A stretch of 64,000 nt of DNA from an uncultured Candidatus Saccharibacteria bacterium (lineage in GTDB: Bacteria; Patescibacteriota; WWE3; UBA101185; UBA10185): contig CAYLMU010000001.1 in NCBI GenBank assembly GCA_964385105.1, forward strand, positions 369,936 through 433,935, in the 5' to 3' direction. The translations under genes were made by a program, and so were the position numbers. The notes below the pieces were generated by a model. That model was not told the origin of the DNA and ran no database searches. It worked only from the letters and a program-made list of their open reading frames with translations. Of the stretch, positions 20,719 through 29,671 are shown piece by piece (positions within the stretch are counted from its first letter, which is position 1; every line of letters begins with the position of its first letter).

Positions 20719-21924
20719 ATGAAAAAGTCTCAAATATATGCTGCCCGAAATAAGAACCCTTCTGCCAAAATTTCGCGCAATACCCGCGAACAACCCGATA
20801 AAGGACTTTTAATTTTAATCGCCGTTTTTTTAGGATTTGGCCTAATTACAATTTACGATGCTACTGCAATACTTGCACAAGACATTTACGGAAATGCTTA
20901 TAGATTTGTGATAATGCAGTTGGCATGGATTATTGTAGGATTATTTGGTTTTTACTTTTTTTTGAATATAAAGCTTGACTTTTTACGGAAAATTTCTGTG
21001 GTGTTGTTTACTATATCTTTGATTTTTTTAGGTACATTGGCACTTTTTGGCGTTTTGCCTTGTTCTGTTGATTTTATATTTGCCCCTTGTATAAACGGTG
21101 CAAACAGATGGTTGTACATAAATCCCCCTCCGCTGCCGGGAATTCCTGTTTTGGGAATATTGGGTTTACAACCTAGCGAATTTGCAAAATTTTCATTAAT
21201 AATATTTTTAGCAGGTGCACTTGAAAAAAGCATAAAATTAAAGCAGGAGCCATTTTGGACTTTTGTGAAAGTTGCAGGCGTTGTGGCCGGATTAATTATG
21301 TTACAGCCTAACATGTCAACTGCAACACTTATTTTTATGGTTGCTGCAACAATGTATTTTGTATCAGGTGCTAATTTAAAACCGCTTTTTTATTCACTTC
21401 CCGTATTTGGTTTATTTGGAGCTTTAGTGATGGTATTTTCACCACATTCACGCCAAAGAATTTTAACTTTTTTGGCTTTAAACAGTGAAGCAGAGCAAAC
21501 GACCGGATACCACATAAAACAAATTTTAATTGCTTTGGGTTCTGGAGGCATATTTGGAGTGGGGTTTGGTCAATCACGTCAAAAATTTCAATACTTGCCC
21601 GAAGTCTTTGCCGATTCTATTTTTGCGATAATAGGCGAAGAATTGGGTTTTTTAGGAACCTCATTTTTACTCATTTTGTTTACATTACTGATTTACAAAG
21701 GTTACTCAATCGCAAAAGATACCCCAAGTTTGTACGGCAAGCTTCTTGCAGTTGGTATAACTACATGGATTTCTATTCAAACATTTGTAAACATAGGTGC
21801 TATGACCAAAGTAATTCCTCTAACCGGAATTCCGCTTCCTTTAATTTCTTATGGAGGGTCTTCGTTGGTGTTTATTTTGATGGGTTTGGGTGTTTTGGCT
21901 AATGTTTCGAAGAAATCAGCATAA
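20719..21924 (+). CDS. ftsW: SEDS-family peptidoglycan glycosyltransferase FtsW/RodA
   Basis: 10-TM SEDS protein with a conserved C-terminal region (LPLTGIPLPLISYGGSS). Confidence 0.85.
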   Translation: MKKSQIYAARNKNPSAKISRNTREQPDKGLLILIAVFLGFGLITIYDATAILAQDIYGNAYRFVIMQLAWIIVGLFGFYFFLNIKLDFLRKISVVLFTISLIFLGTLALFGVLPCSVDFIFAPCINGANRWLYINPPPLPGIPVLGILGLQPSEFAKFSLIIFLAGALEKSIKLKQEPFWTFVKVAGVVAGLIMLQPNMSTATLIFMVAATMYFVSGANLKPLFYSLPVFGLFGALVMVFSPHSRQRILTFLALNSEAEQTTGYHIKQILIALGSGGIFGVGFGQSRQKFQYLPEVFADSIFAIIGEELGFLGTSFLLILFTLLIYKGYSIAKDTPSLYGKLLAVGITTWISIQTFVNIGAMTKVIPLTGIPLPLISYGGSSLVFILMGLGVLANVSKKSA

Positions 21925-21954
21925 ACTATAACTTATTAGTGTAAAATTTGAGAT

Positions 21955-23055
21955 ATGAAACTCGTTATAACCGGTGGGCATCATAGTTCTGCACTCCCGG
22001 TAATTAAAAAACTGCGTGAGAAAAAGCCCGATGTTGAAATATCTTGGTTTGGGCATAAGCACACTTTAAAAGGTAGTTCATCAGAAACACTTGAATTTAA
22101 GGAAATCTCAGAATTAAATATCCCTTTTTATGACCTAAAGGCCGGAAAGCTTTATAAAACATTTGATCCGGTGAGGTTGGCAAAAGTTCCGTTTGGCGTT
22201 GTTCATGCAGTTTTTTTGTTAAATAAAATAAAACCGGATTTAATTTTGTCATTTGGTGGTTATTTGGCCGCTCCTACTGTTATTGCCGGATGGTTGCTTG
22301 GTGTACCTTCTTTAACTCATGAGCAAACAGTTACTGCGGGCTATTCAAATAAATTAATTGCGCGTTTTGCAAAAAAAATTCTTGTGTCGTGGCCCCAGTC
22401 TGCACAGTATTACCCGAGTGAGAAAGTGGTGAATACGGGAATTCCCTTGAGACAAGAGATTTACAACACGCAAAGTAATAATTTTGAAATAAATTTAAAT
22501 TTACCAACTGTTTACATTACAGGGGGTAAAACCGGGTCTCATAAAATAAATCTTGCCGTTTTAAATGCATTAGAAGAATTGTTGATGGTAAGTAATGTTA
22601 TTCATCAAACAGGCGCGCATTCGGAATTTAAAGATATTGATGCATTAAGAGAAAAATATAAAAAAATAGAATCCAAGGTTAAAGGAAGGTATATTGCCCA
22701 AGAATTTATATTGGGTAATGAGGTGGGTGAAGCGTATAAAAAAGCTGATGTTGTTGTTTCAAGGTCGGGGGCGCACACAATTGCTGAGATATTGGCGCTT
22801 GAAAAACCTGCAGTTTTAATTCCTATACCATGGGTATCGCATAATGAACAAATGGAAAATTCAAAAATTGTTGAAAAAGCAGGTTTGGGAACTATTTTAG
22901 AAGAAAAAAATTTAAGCGGTGAAAATTTGTTTAAGTCAATAAACGAGGTACTGGGCAATAAACAAGAATATATATTAAAAAATCAGAGTTTTAAACAAGC
23001 TATCGCCTTAGATTCTGCAGAACTTATAGTAGATGAAATCCTTAAGTTTGAATAA
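21955..23055 (+). CDS. murG: undecaprenyldiphospho-muramoylpentapeptide beta-N-acetylglucosaminyltransferase
   Basis: GT28 family with the N-terminal GGHHS-like motif (ITGGHHSSA) and a C-terminal UDP-GlcNAc-binding Rossmann domain. Confidence 0.85.
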   Translation: MKLVITGGHHSSALPVIKKLREKKPDVEISWFGHKHTLKGSSSETLEFKEISELNIPFYDLKAGKLYKTFDPVRLAKVPFGVVHAVFLLNKIKPDLILSFGGYLAAPTVIAGWLLGVPSLTHEQTVTAGYSNKLIARFAKKILVSWPQSAQYYPSEKVVNTGIPLRQEIYNTQSNNFEINLNLPTVYITGGKTGSHKINLAVLNALEELLMVSNVIHQTGAHSEFKDIDALREKYKKIESKVKGRYIAQEFILGNEVGEAYKKADVVVSRSGAHTIAEILALEKPAVLIPIPWVSHNEQMENSKIVEKAGLGTILEEKNLSGENLFKSINEVLGNKQEYILKNQSFKQAIALDSAELIVDEILKFE

Positions 23056-23058
23056 AAT

Positions 23059-23850
23059 ATGGGCAAAGTTATTTATCACAACACTAAAATACCTCAAAAA
23101 AAGCGCCAGCGGGTTAAAAGCAAAAAAGTGTATATTCGAAAAATTTCGCCTTTTTTGAATTATGCACTAATTGTTACTTTTTTTTCACTTGTAGCTTTTG
23201 GTTTATTCAGACTTAAAAAAACGCAGTATTTTAATGTAAAAGCTATATCAGTAAATGGTACACAAAATTTTGTTAATTCTACTGATTTAAAAACTATGGC
23301 TGAGCAACAGGTGTTAAACAAACCCATATTTAATATTGAATCCGAAAAAATAGAAAGTGTGCTTGAAAGCAGTTTTCAGGGTGCCAAAGACATTCAGGTG
23401 GTGAAAAGCTGGCCTGATAGTATAGAAATTGCCGTTTCAGAGCGAGTGCCATTAGCACTACTAACTAATACAGCCGATTCTGAAAGTTATCTTGTTGATG
23501 AAGATGGTTATGTACTTGGAATTGTTGATGAGAGCAAGACCAATTTGCCCAAAATTAACTATAATGGAAAAATTCACGTTGGAAATTTTATTGATAAAGA
23601 CCTTGTTCCGTTGTATTTAGAACTATTGTCGTCGGTGGATGAACAGGGTTTAAAGGCAAGTTCTGTAAGTGTGAGTGACCACTATATAGATTTTTATCTT
23701 GATAATAAGGTAAATGTTTATATCGGTAAGTCAAAAGACATAAAAAAGTCGGTTATTATAATTTCGGAACTGTTTAATCAGCTTAAGTATGAGGGAAAAG
23801 ATGTTAAGAAAATTGATTTGCGATATGATAAAGTAGTAGTAGAATATTAG
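23059..23850 (+). CDS. ftsQ: cell division protein FtsQ/DivIB (POTRA domain)
   Basis: Basic N-terminus, a single TM helix, and a POTRA-like beta domain. Its position between murG and ftsA supports the call. Confidence 0.6.
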   Translation: MGKVIYHNTKIPQKKRQRVKSKKVYIRKISPFLNYALIVTFFSLVAFGLFRLKKTQYFNVKAISVNGTQNFVNSTDLKTMAEQQVLNKPIFNIESEKIESVLESSFQGAKDIQVVKSWPDSIEIAVSERVPLALLTNTADSESYLVDEDGYVLGIVDESKTNLPKINYNGKIHVGNFIDKDLVPLYLELLSSVDEQGLKASSVSVSDHYIDFYLDNKVNVYIGKSKDIKKSVIIISELFNQLKYEGKDVKKIDLRYDKVVVEY

Positions 23851-23860
23851 TTACGTTCTT

Positions 23861-25114
23861 ATGCCCAGAGAAAAAATAATTACAGGAATAGATGTAGGTT
23901 CCACCAAAGTTAGTACAATAATAGCCGCAATTACAGATAACAGGGTTTCTGTTATAGGCGTGTCGGGTAGAACCCCCTCAAATGGTATTAATAGAGGATA
24001 CGTAGTTGATATTGATGATACTGTAGAATCTATTTCAAATAGCTTAGAAAGAGCCGAAAGAATGGCAGGTGTTTCGGTATCCTCGGCTTTTGTAACTGTA
24101 AACGGAAGCCACATTAAGACCCAAAATTCTCACGGTGTTGTTGCCGTTTCACACCAAAATTCAGAAATTTCAACAGAGGATGTTTTTCGTGTCACAGAAG
24201 CCGCACAAGCGGTTTCTTTACCTTCATCAGAAGAAATTATTCATGTAATTCCACGTGACTTTATTGTAGATTCTCAAAGAGGCGTTCGTGACCCGGTTGG
24301 AATGTCGGGTATAAGGCTTGAGGTTGAAACAAATATTATTTACGGCTCGACAACTTCAATGAAAAATTTATCTAAATGTGTACAGCAGGTTGGTGTTGAA
24401 GTGAACGATATGATTTATACCGCGCTCGCATCTGCGGAAGCAGTATTGACCGATACCGAAAAAGAGCTTGGAACATTACTCATCGATATTGGGGGTGGAA
24501 CAACATCATTTATTGCATATTTAGAAGGGAGTCCTTTGTATTCGGGTGTGTTGCCTATTGGAGCTACACATATAACTCATGACTTGGCAATTGGGCTGCG
24601 AACAAGGCTTGAAGAAGCAGAAAAGATAAAACTTAAGTTAAGTAGAGGAAAAAATGCCCTTATGTCAATTGACGCAGACAGTTCTGATGATTATCTCAAC
24701 GTTTCTGAATTTGGTTTGGAAGATGAAGAAATGCCAAAAAAGTTTTTATATGATGTAATAGATGCACGTTTAAATGAAATATTTAAACTGGTTGCACTTG
24801 ACCTTGAAAAAGTAAAATTAACAAACAAATTACCTGCAGGTGCCGTGTTAACCGGCGGCGGTGCTTTAACAGCAGGAGTAGAAAGAAGTGCTAAAAAATC
24901 TTTAAAAATGCCGGTACGCATAGGTTCACCAAAAGGTGTAACGGGGCTGATTGATGAAATTCAAGGCCCTGATTTTGCAGCAACAGTTGGTTCGGTGCTT
25001 TTAGGTATTAAAGCCGTTGAAGCGGGTGCTGTTCTTTCTTCTGATTCGGGAGGGGGAAATATAGTTAGAACAATTGGTGAGGCTATCGGTAAAATAAAAT
25101 CATTCCTGCCCTAG
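23861..25114 (+). CDS. ftsA: cell division protein FtsA
   Basis: Actin-fold ATPase with the ITGIDVGSTKV phosphate-1 motif, DIGGGTT and LTGGGA. It sits directly upstream of ftsZ. Confidence 0.85.
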   Translation: MPREKIITGIDVGSTKVSTIIAAITDNRVSVIGVSGRTPSNGINRGYVVDIDDTVESISNSLERAERMAGVSVSSAFVTVNGSHIKTQNSHGVVAVSHQNSEISTEDVFRVTEAAQAVSLPSSEEIIHVIPRDFIVDSQRGVRDPVGMSGIRLEVETNIIYGSTTSMKNLSKCVQQVGVEVNDMIYTALASAEAVLTDTEKELGTLLIDIGGGTTSFIAYLEGSPLYSGVLPIGATHITHDLAIGLRTRLEEAEKIKLKLSRGKNALMSIDADSSDDYLNVSEFGLEDEEMPKKFLYDVIDARLNEIFKLVALDLEKVKLTNKLPAGAVLTGGGALTAGVERSAKKSLKMPVRIGSPKGVTGLIDEIQGPDFAATVGSVLLGIKAVEAGAVLSSDSGGGNIVRTIGEAIGKIKSFLP

Positions 25115-25132
25115 AAAGTAGTAAAATAAACT

Positions 25133-26248
25133 ATGTTCGTAAAACCAGAAATTGAAAGATTTGCGAAAATCCGTGTCGTTGGTGTAGGTGGTGCCGGATG
25201 TAATGTGCTAAATACTTTAATTGATTCTCAGCAAATTGCCGGTGTTGAGTTTATTGCCGTAAATACCGATGCTCAGGCTTTATCTGTGAATAAGGCTTTT
25301 GTAAAAATACCAATCGGTCAGGAACTTACTCATGGTTTAGGAGCGGGTGCAAACCCCACTATAGGTAAAAAAGCCGCTGAAGAATCTATTGAAAGTATAA
25401 GGTCAAATTTGGAAGATTCGGATATGGTTTTTGTTACCGCCGGAATGGGCGGAGGTACAGGTACAGGTGCGGCTCCTGTTATTGCAAAAGTGGCAAAAGA
25501 ATCCGGTGCTCTAACTGTAGGTGTTGTTACAAAACCATTTATTTTTGAGGGCGCTAAAAGGATGGAAAATGCCGAAAAGGGTATCGCCGAACTAAAAAAT
25601 CAAGTAGATGCGTTAATTACTATTCCTAATCAAAAATTGCTTGAAGTTTCAGATAAATTATCTATTGTGGATGCATTCAAGGTATCAGATAGTGTGTTGA
25701 GTCAGGGTGTACAGGGCATCTCAGACCTCATAGTTATGCCCGGATTAATAAATGTAGACTTTGCCGATGTAAAAACAATAATGAAAGACGCCGGCTCTGC
25801 GTTAATGGGCATTGGTATTGGAACAGGTGAAAATCGTGCGGAAGATGCTGCAAGAGCTGCAATTTCATCCCCACTTTTGGATGTATCGATTGCAGGAGCG
25901 ACTGGAATATTATTCAACGTAATTGGTGGAAATGATATTACTATGACCGAAGTTAACCTGGCTGCAAAAGTAATTAGTGAATCCACCAGTTCTGAAGCAA
26001 ATACAATTTTTGGAGTAACAATTGATGAATCTATGAGAGATCAGGTGAAAATTACAGTTATTGCAACAGGTTTTGATCAGGAGAAACAACTGAGATCGCG
26101 ATTAAATTTGCTTTCTGAAGATAGGGTCGATACTCAAACTGAACATGAATCTCAAACCACTGATCAACCAGAAGAAAATGAAGAAGAAAATAAAAAACGT
26201 GATGATAACGATATTTATGATATACCCGCATTTTTAAGAGGAAGATAA
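25133..26248 (+). CDS. ftsZ: cell division GTPase FtsZ
   Basis: Tubulin signature [10 protein letters not shown], an NTDAQAL motif and an acidic C-terminal tail. Confidence 0.95.
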   Translation: MFVKPEIERFAKIRVVGVGGAGCNVLNTLIDSQQIAGVEFIAVNTDAQALSVNKAFVKIPIGQELTHGLGAGANPTIGKKAAEESIESIRSNLEDSDMVFVTAGMGGGTGTGAAPVIAKVAKESGALTVGVVTKPFIFEGAKRMENAEKGIAELKNQVDALITIPNQKLLEVSDKLSIVDAFKVSDSVLSQGVQGISDLIVMPGLINVDFADVKTIMKDAGSALMGIGIGTGENRAEDAARAAISSPLLDVSIAGATGILFNVIGGNDITMTEVNLAAKVISESTSSEANTIFGVTIDESMRDQVKITVIATGFDQEKQLRSRLNLLSEDRVDTQTEHESQTTDQPEENEEENKKRDDNDIYDIPAFLRGR

Positions 26249-26468
26249 AATATAATTTCGCATTACACAAACAATTTAAATTTTTTGACTCCTTTATTTC
26301 AACCAAAAACAAGCTTACAATAACCGGCATTAGTGGTAACAAAAAAAATTTTCTGATTAGATTGATATACGCTCAAATTGGGCAGCAGTTTATAAAATTC
26401 ACTAATTTCTTAAATCAAGAGTCTTGAAGGCAGTACAAGCCTGTTGATTTGGGAAGTCAGCACAAACC

Positions 26469-28940
26469 ATGAATTGGCTTAAACCTTCAAATTCAGTAGC
26501 TACAACCACATCAGATAAATCTGATACTAAAAACGAGACTAAGCTCAAAAAAGATGAACACATAGAATTGAGCGATAACTCAAGAACTATACTTGAACGT
26601 AGATATTTACGTAAAGGTTCAGACGGATTACCCGCAGAAACCATTGAAGAAATGTTTGAAAGAATAGCAAATGTTGTGGCAGAACCCGATGCACCATACA
26701 GAGACGTAGAAACAAGCAAAATCGAGTTTTACAATCTATTAACTACAAAAAAGTTTTTTCCTAACTCACCGACATTTACCGGCGCGGGTACTCCTTTAGG
26801 GCAATTGGCCGCCTGTTTTGTTCTACCTGTCGAAGATGATTTAGGACGTGAAAGAGCAAGTATTTTTGAGACATTGAGAGTAGCTGCGTTAATTCAACAA
26901 ACCGGCGGTGGTAACGGGTTTTCATTTTCAAGGCTAAGAGGTAAAGGAACTCTTGTATCAAAAAGCGGCGGTAAGGCAACAGGCCCGGTTGGATTTTTGG
27001 AAGCATATGATGCTGCTTTTGGGGTTATAGCTCAAGGTGGTGTTAGACGCGGTGCAAATATGGGCGTATTAAGGGTAGACCATCCCGATATTCGTGAATT
27101 TATTAAATGTAAATCTAGCGAGGGCAAAGTTGCCAACTTTAATATTTCGGTTGCAATAACTGATGAGTTTATGAAAGCCGTTCAAAATGACACAACATAT
27201 AACCTTGTTGACCCACACACTAACGAAGTTGTGGAGTCTCCACAGGCACGGGAAATATTTGAAATGATTGTTAAATACGCACATCACAACGGTGAGCCGG
27301 GAGTATTATTTATTGATGCAGCAAACAGAACTAATCCCGTACCACATTTGTATGAACTTGAAGCAACCAATCCATGCGGCGAGCAGTGGCTTGGACCCTA
27401 TGAAAACTGCTGTTTGGGCTCTGTTAATTTAGCTCAGCACCTTGATGAAAATGGTGAACTTGACTGGGATGAACTCGCCGAAACAATTGAGCTTTCAACC
27501 AGATTTTTAGATAACGTGGTTTCAGCCAATAAATATGTACCCGAAATTCCTGAACTTGAAAATGCAGCTATGAATGTAAGAAGAATTGGGCTTGGATTTA
27601 TGGGACTTGCCGATGTGATGTACTCGTTGGGTATTAGGTATGGAAGCGCTGAAGGCCAGGAGTTTGCAGCCCAGCTATCAGAATTTTTCAGATATCATGC
27701 AATGAAAACTTCAGTTGAACTTGCTGAAGAACGCGGGCCTTTTGTTAAAATCAAAGGAAGCATCTACGACCCTGAAAATTTAAGTTGGGAAGCACCAAAG
27801 CCATTAAAACCATACTCAAAAGATTTTGGCAGACCAAAACTACACTGGGACACAATTGTAGAAGGTATAAGAGAGCATGGAATTAGAAACGGTGCACAAA
27901 CCACAGTTGCTCCAACAGGTACTATTTCTACAGTTGCAGGAATTGAAGGTTATGGTTGTGAGCCTACATTTGCTCTTGCTTATTTACGTAATGTTTATCA
28001 GGCAGCGGGTGATGCAGAAAAGCTTACTTTAACCTATGTTAGTCCGTTATTTGATAAAGCACTCGATACATTAGATCTTGAAGATACAGCCCGAAAAAGA
28101 ATTGTTGATAAAATAGTTGAACGTGGTACATGCCAAAATATTGAAGAACTTCCACAAAAAGTTCGTGATGTGTTTGTTGTTTCGGGTGATATAACTCCCG
28201 AAGAGCACATAAAAATGCAGGGAGCAATTCAAGCATTTATTGATAACTCAATCTCAAAAACATGCAATTTTCCTGAAGGTGCAACCGAAGAAGATGTAGC
28301 TCAGGTTTATATGCAAGGCTGGGAGCTTGGATGCAAGGGATTAACCGTTTACGTTACAGGAAGTCGTGACGAGGTAGTTCTTGAAACAAAAGAAACCCAG
28401 AGTAAAAAAGCACTTGGTGAAATAACACAAGCATCAAAAGCCGGTGGTAAAGAGCGAGGGTATAGACTTTCTGGTAATACCTACAAAATACACACACCAC
28501 AAGGTAAAGCCTTTATCACAGTTAACAAAGATGAAAACGACGAACCATTTGAAGTATTTGTTGGAGTAGGTAAAGCAGGTAGTGATGTAGCAGCTTTGTC
28601 AGAAGCATTAGGAAGACTTTTGTCAGGGTGGCTTAGAGCGTCATACAATCCAGCGCTAACTGCAAAAGAAATAATCTCACAACTAATTGGTATTGGCGGA
28701 GCAAGATCGGTGGGGTTTGGACAAAATAGGGTTTCCTCAATTCCCGATGCTGTTGCAAAAGTATTAGCTGATGAATTTGATATTGCAGTAAAGTCAAACG
28801 GCTCAAATGTTGTGGAAGAAACAAAAAAAGAAATAACAGTATTTTCGCACGTAGATATGTGCCCTGAATGTGGCAATTCGTCATTTATTCAGCAGGAAGG
28901 TTGTGCCAAGTGTTATGAGTGTGGTTATAGTGTTTGTTAG
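26469..28940 (+). CDS. nrdJ: adenosylcobalamin-dependent ribonucleoside-diphosphate/triphosphate reductase (class II)
   Basis: 823-aa class II RNR core with the NPCGEQ thiyl-radical Cys loop and a C-terminal Zn-ribbon (CPECG...CAKCYECG). Confidence 0.9.
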   Translation: MNWLKPSNSVATTTSDKSDTKNETKLKKDEHIELSDNSRTILERRYLRKGSDGLPAETIEEMFERIANVVAEPDAPYRDVETSKIEFYNLLTTKKFFPNSPTFTGAGTPLGQLAACFVLPVEDDLGRERASIFETLRVAALIQQTGGGNGFSFSRLRGKGTLVSKSGGKATGPVGFLEAYDAAFGVIAQGGVRRGANMGVLRVDHPDIREFIKCKSSEGKVANFNISVAITDEFMKAVQNDTTYNLVDPHTNEVVESPQAREIFEMIVKYAHHNGEPGVLFIDAANRTNPVPHLYELEATNPCGEQWLGPYENCCLGSVNLAQHLDENGELDWDELAETIELSTRFLDNVVSANKYVPEIPELENAAMNVRRIGLGFMGLADVMYSLGIRYGSAEGQEFAAQLSEFFRYHAMKTSVELAEERGPFVKIKGSIYDPENLSWEAPKPLKPYSKDFGRPKLHWDTIVEGIREHGIRNGAQTTVAPTGTISTVAGIEGYGCEPTFALAYLRNVYQAAGDAEKLTLTYVSPLFDKALDTLDLEDTARKRIVDKIVERGTCQNIEELPQKVRDVFVVSGDITPEEHIKMQGAIQAFIDNSISKTCNFPEGATEEDVAQVYMQGWELGCKGLTVYVTGSRDEVVLETKETQSKKALGEITQASKAGGKERGYRLSGNTYKIHTPQGKAFITVNKDENDEPFEVFVGVGKAGSDVAALSEALGRLLSGWLRASYNPALTAKEIISQLIGIGGARSVGFGQNRVSSIPDAVAKVLADEFDIAVKSNGSNVVEETKKEITVFSHVDMCPECGNSSFIQQEGCAKCYECGYSVC

Positions 28941-28967
28941 CGTTCAAATTCTGTGTTAACTTAAATC

Positions 28968-29510
28968 ATGGCTATTTACACAAAAACTGGCGATGAGGGC
29001 GAAACTTCATTACTTGGTAAAAAAAGAGTTTCTAAATCAAATGCCGTTTTTTCACTTTTAGGCACATTTGATGAATTAAATGCAAGTCTTGGGGTAATTA
29101 GCGATACACAACCAAAAACAAAAGAAATCCTAAATAACATTCAAAATGATATTTTTATGCTTGGTTCTATATTGGCAGGTTATAAAGAAAGTGCTGATTT
29201 TGATGTAAAATTAAATAATCGGGTTGAGGAATTTGAAAGTAATATTGATGAGATTAGTACCGAATTGCCCGAACTTACCAATTTCATTTTACCGGGGGGA
29301 TGTGATTCGGCAGCAAAGCTTCATTTTAGCAGGGCGGTTTGCAGAAGGTTAGAAAGAGAAACAGTTGCATTTTTTGAATCAGAGCCTAAAGCAAAGTATA
29401 AAAGTGTGATTTTAAAATATGTGAATCGGCTGTCTGATTTGCTGTTTGTTTTGGCACGATATGAAAATTACAAAAAAGGCGTTCAAGACATAATATGGAA
29501 AGGAAACTAA
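28968..29510 (+). CDS. ATP:cob(I)alamin adenosyltransferase, PduO-type
   Basis: N-terminal IYTKTGDEGETSL motif diagnostic of PduO/MMAB adenosyltransferases. It lies immediately downstream of the B12-dependent RNR. Confidence 0.85.
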   Translation: MAIYTKTGDEGETSLLGKKRVSKSNAVFSLLGTFDELNASLGVISDTQPKTKEILNNIQNDIFMLGSILAGYKESADFDVKLNNRVEEFESNIDEISTELPELTNFILPGGCDSAAKLHFSRAVCRRLERETVAFFESEPKAKYKSVILKYVNRLSDLLFVLARYENYKKGVQDIIWKGN

Positions 29511-29671
29511 ACTACAAATACTTATTCTTGTTAATATTATTACTATTTTTTGGTGCAGTTGTAACAGGAATCTTAATTTATAGAGCTCATCAAACAGACT
29601 TATTTTTTGAATCGGCTGGAAGTGAATTAACTGGTCAAGAAAATGAAGATATTGTAATATAGCTAAATAGT

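Noticed and set aside
26249-26468. Possible cobalamin riboswitch or NrdR box in the 220-bp leader of the B12-dependent RNR gene
   Set aside because: No B12-box (GCCACUG-like) element, no conserved cobalamin-riboswitch core and no NrdR-type palindrome could be recognised by eye. There is only a short GGGAAG motif, which is not enough.
29511-29671. T-box leader upstream of ileS
   Set aside because: The gap is only 161 bp and is largely occupied by a small ORF. No specifier-loop/T-box (AATTAGGGTGGNACCGCG-like) sequence is present.
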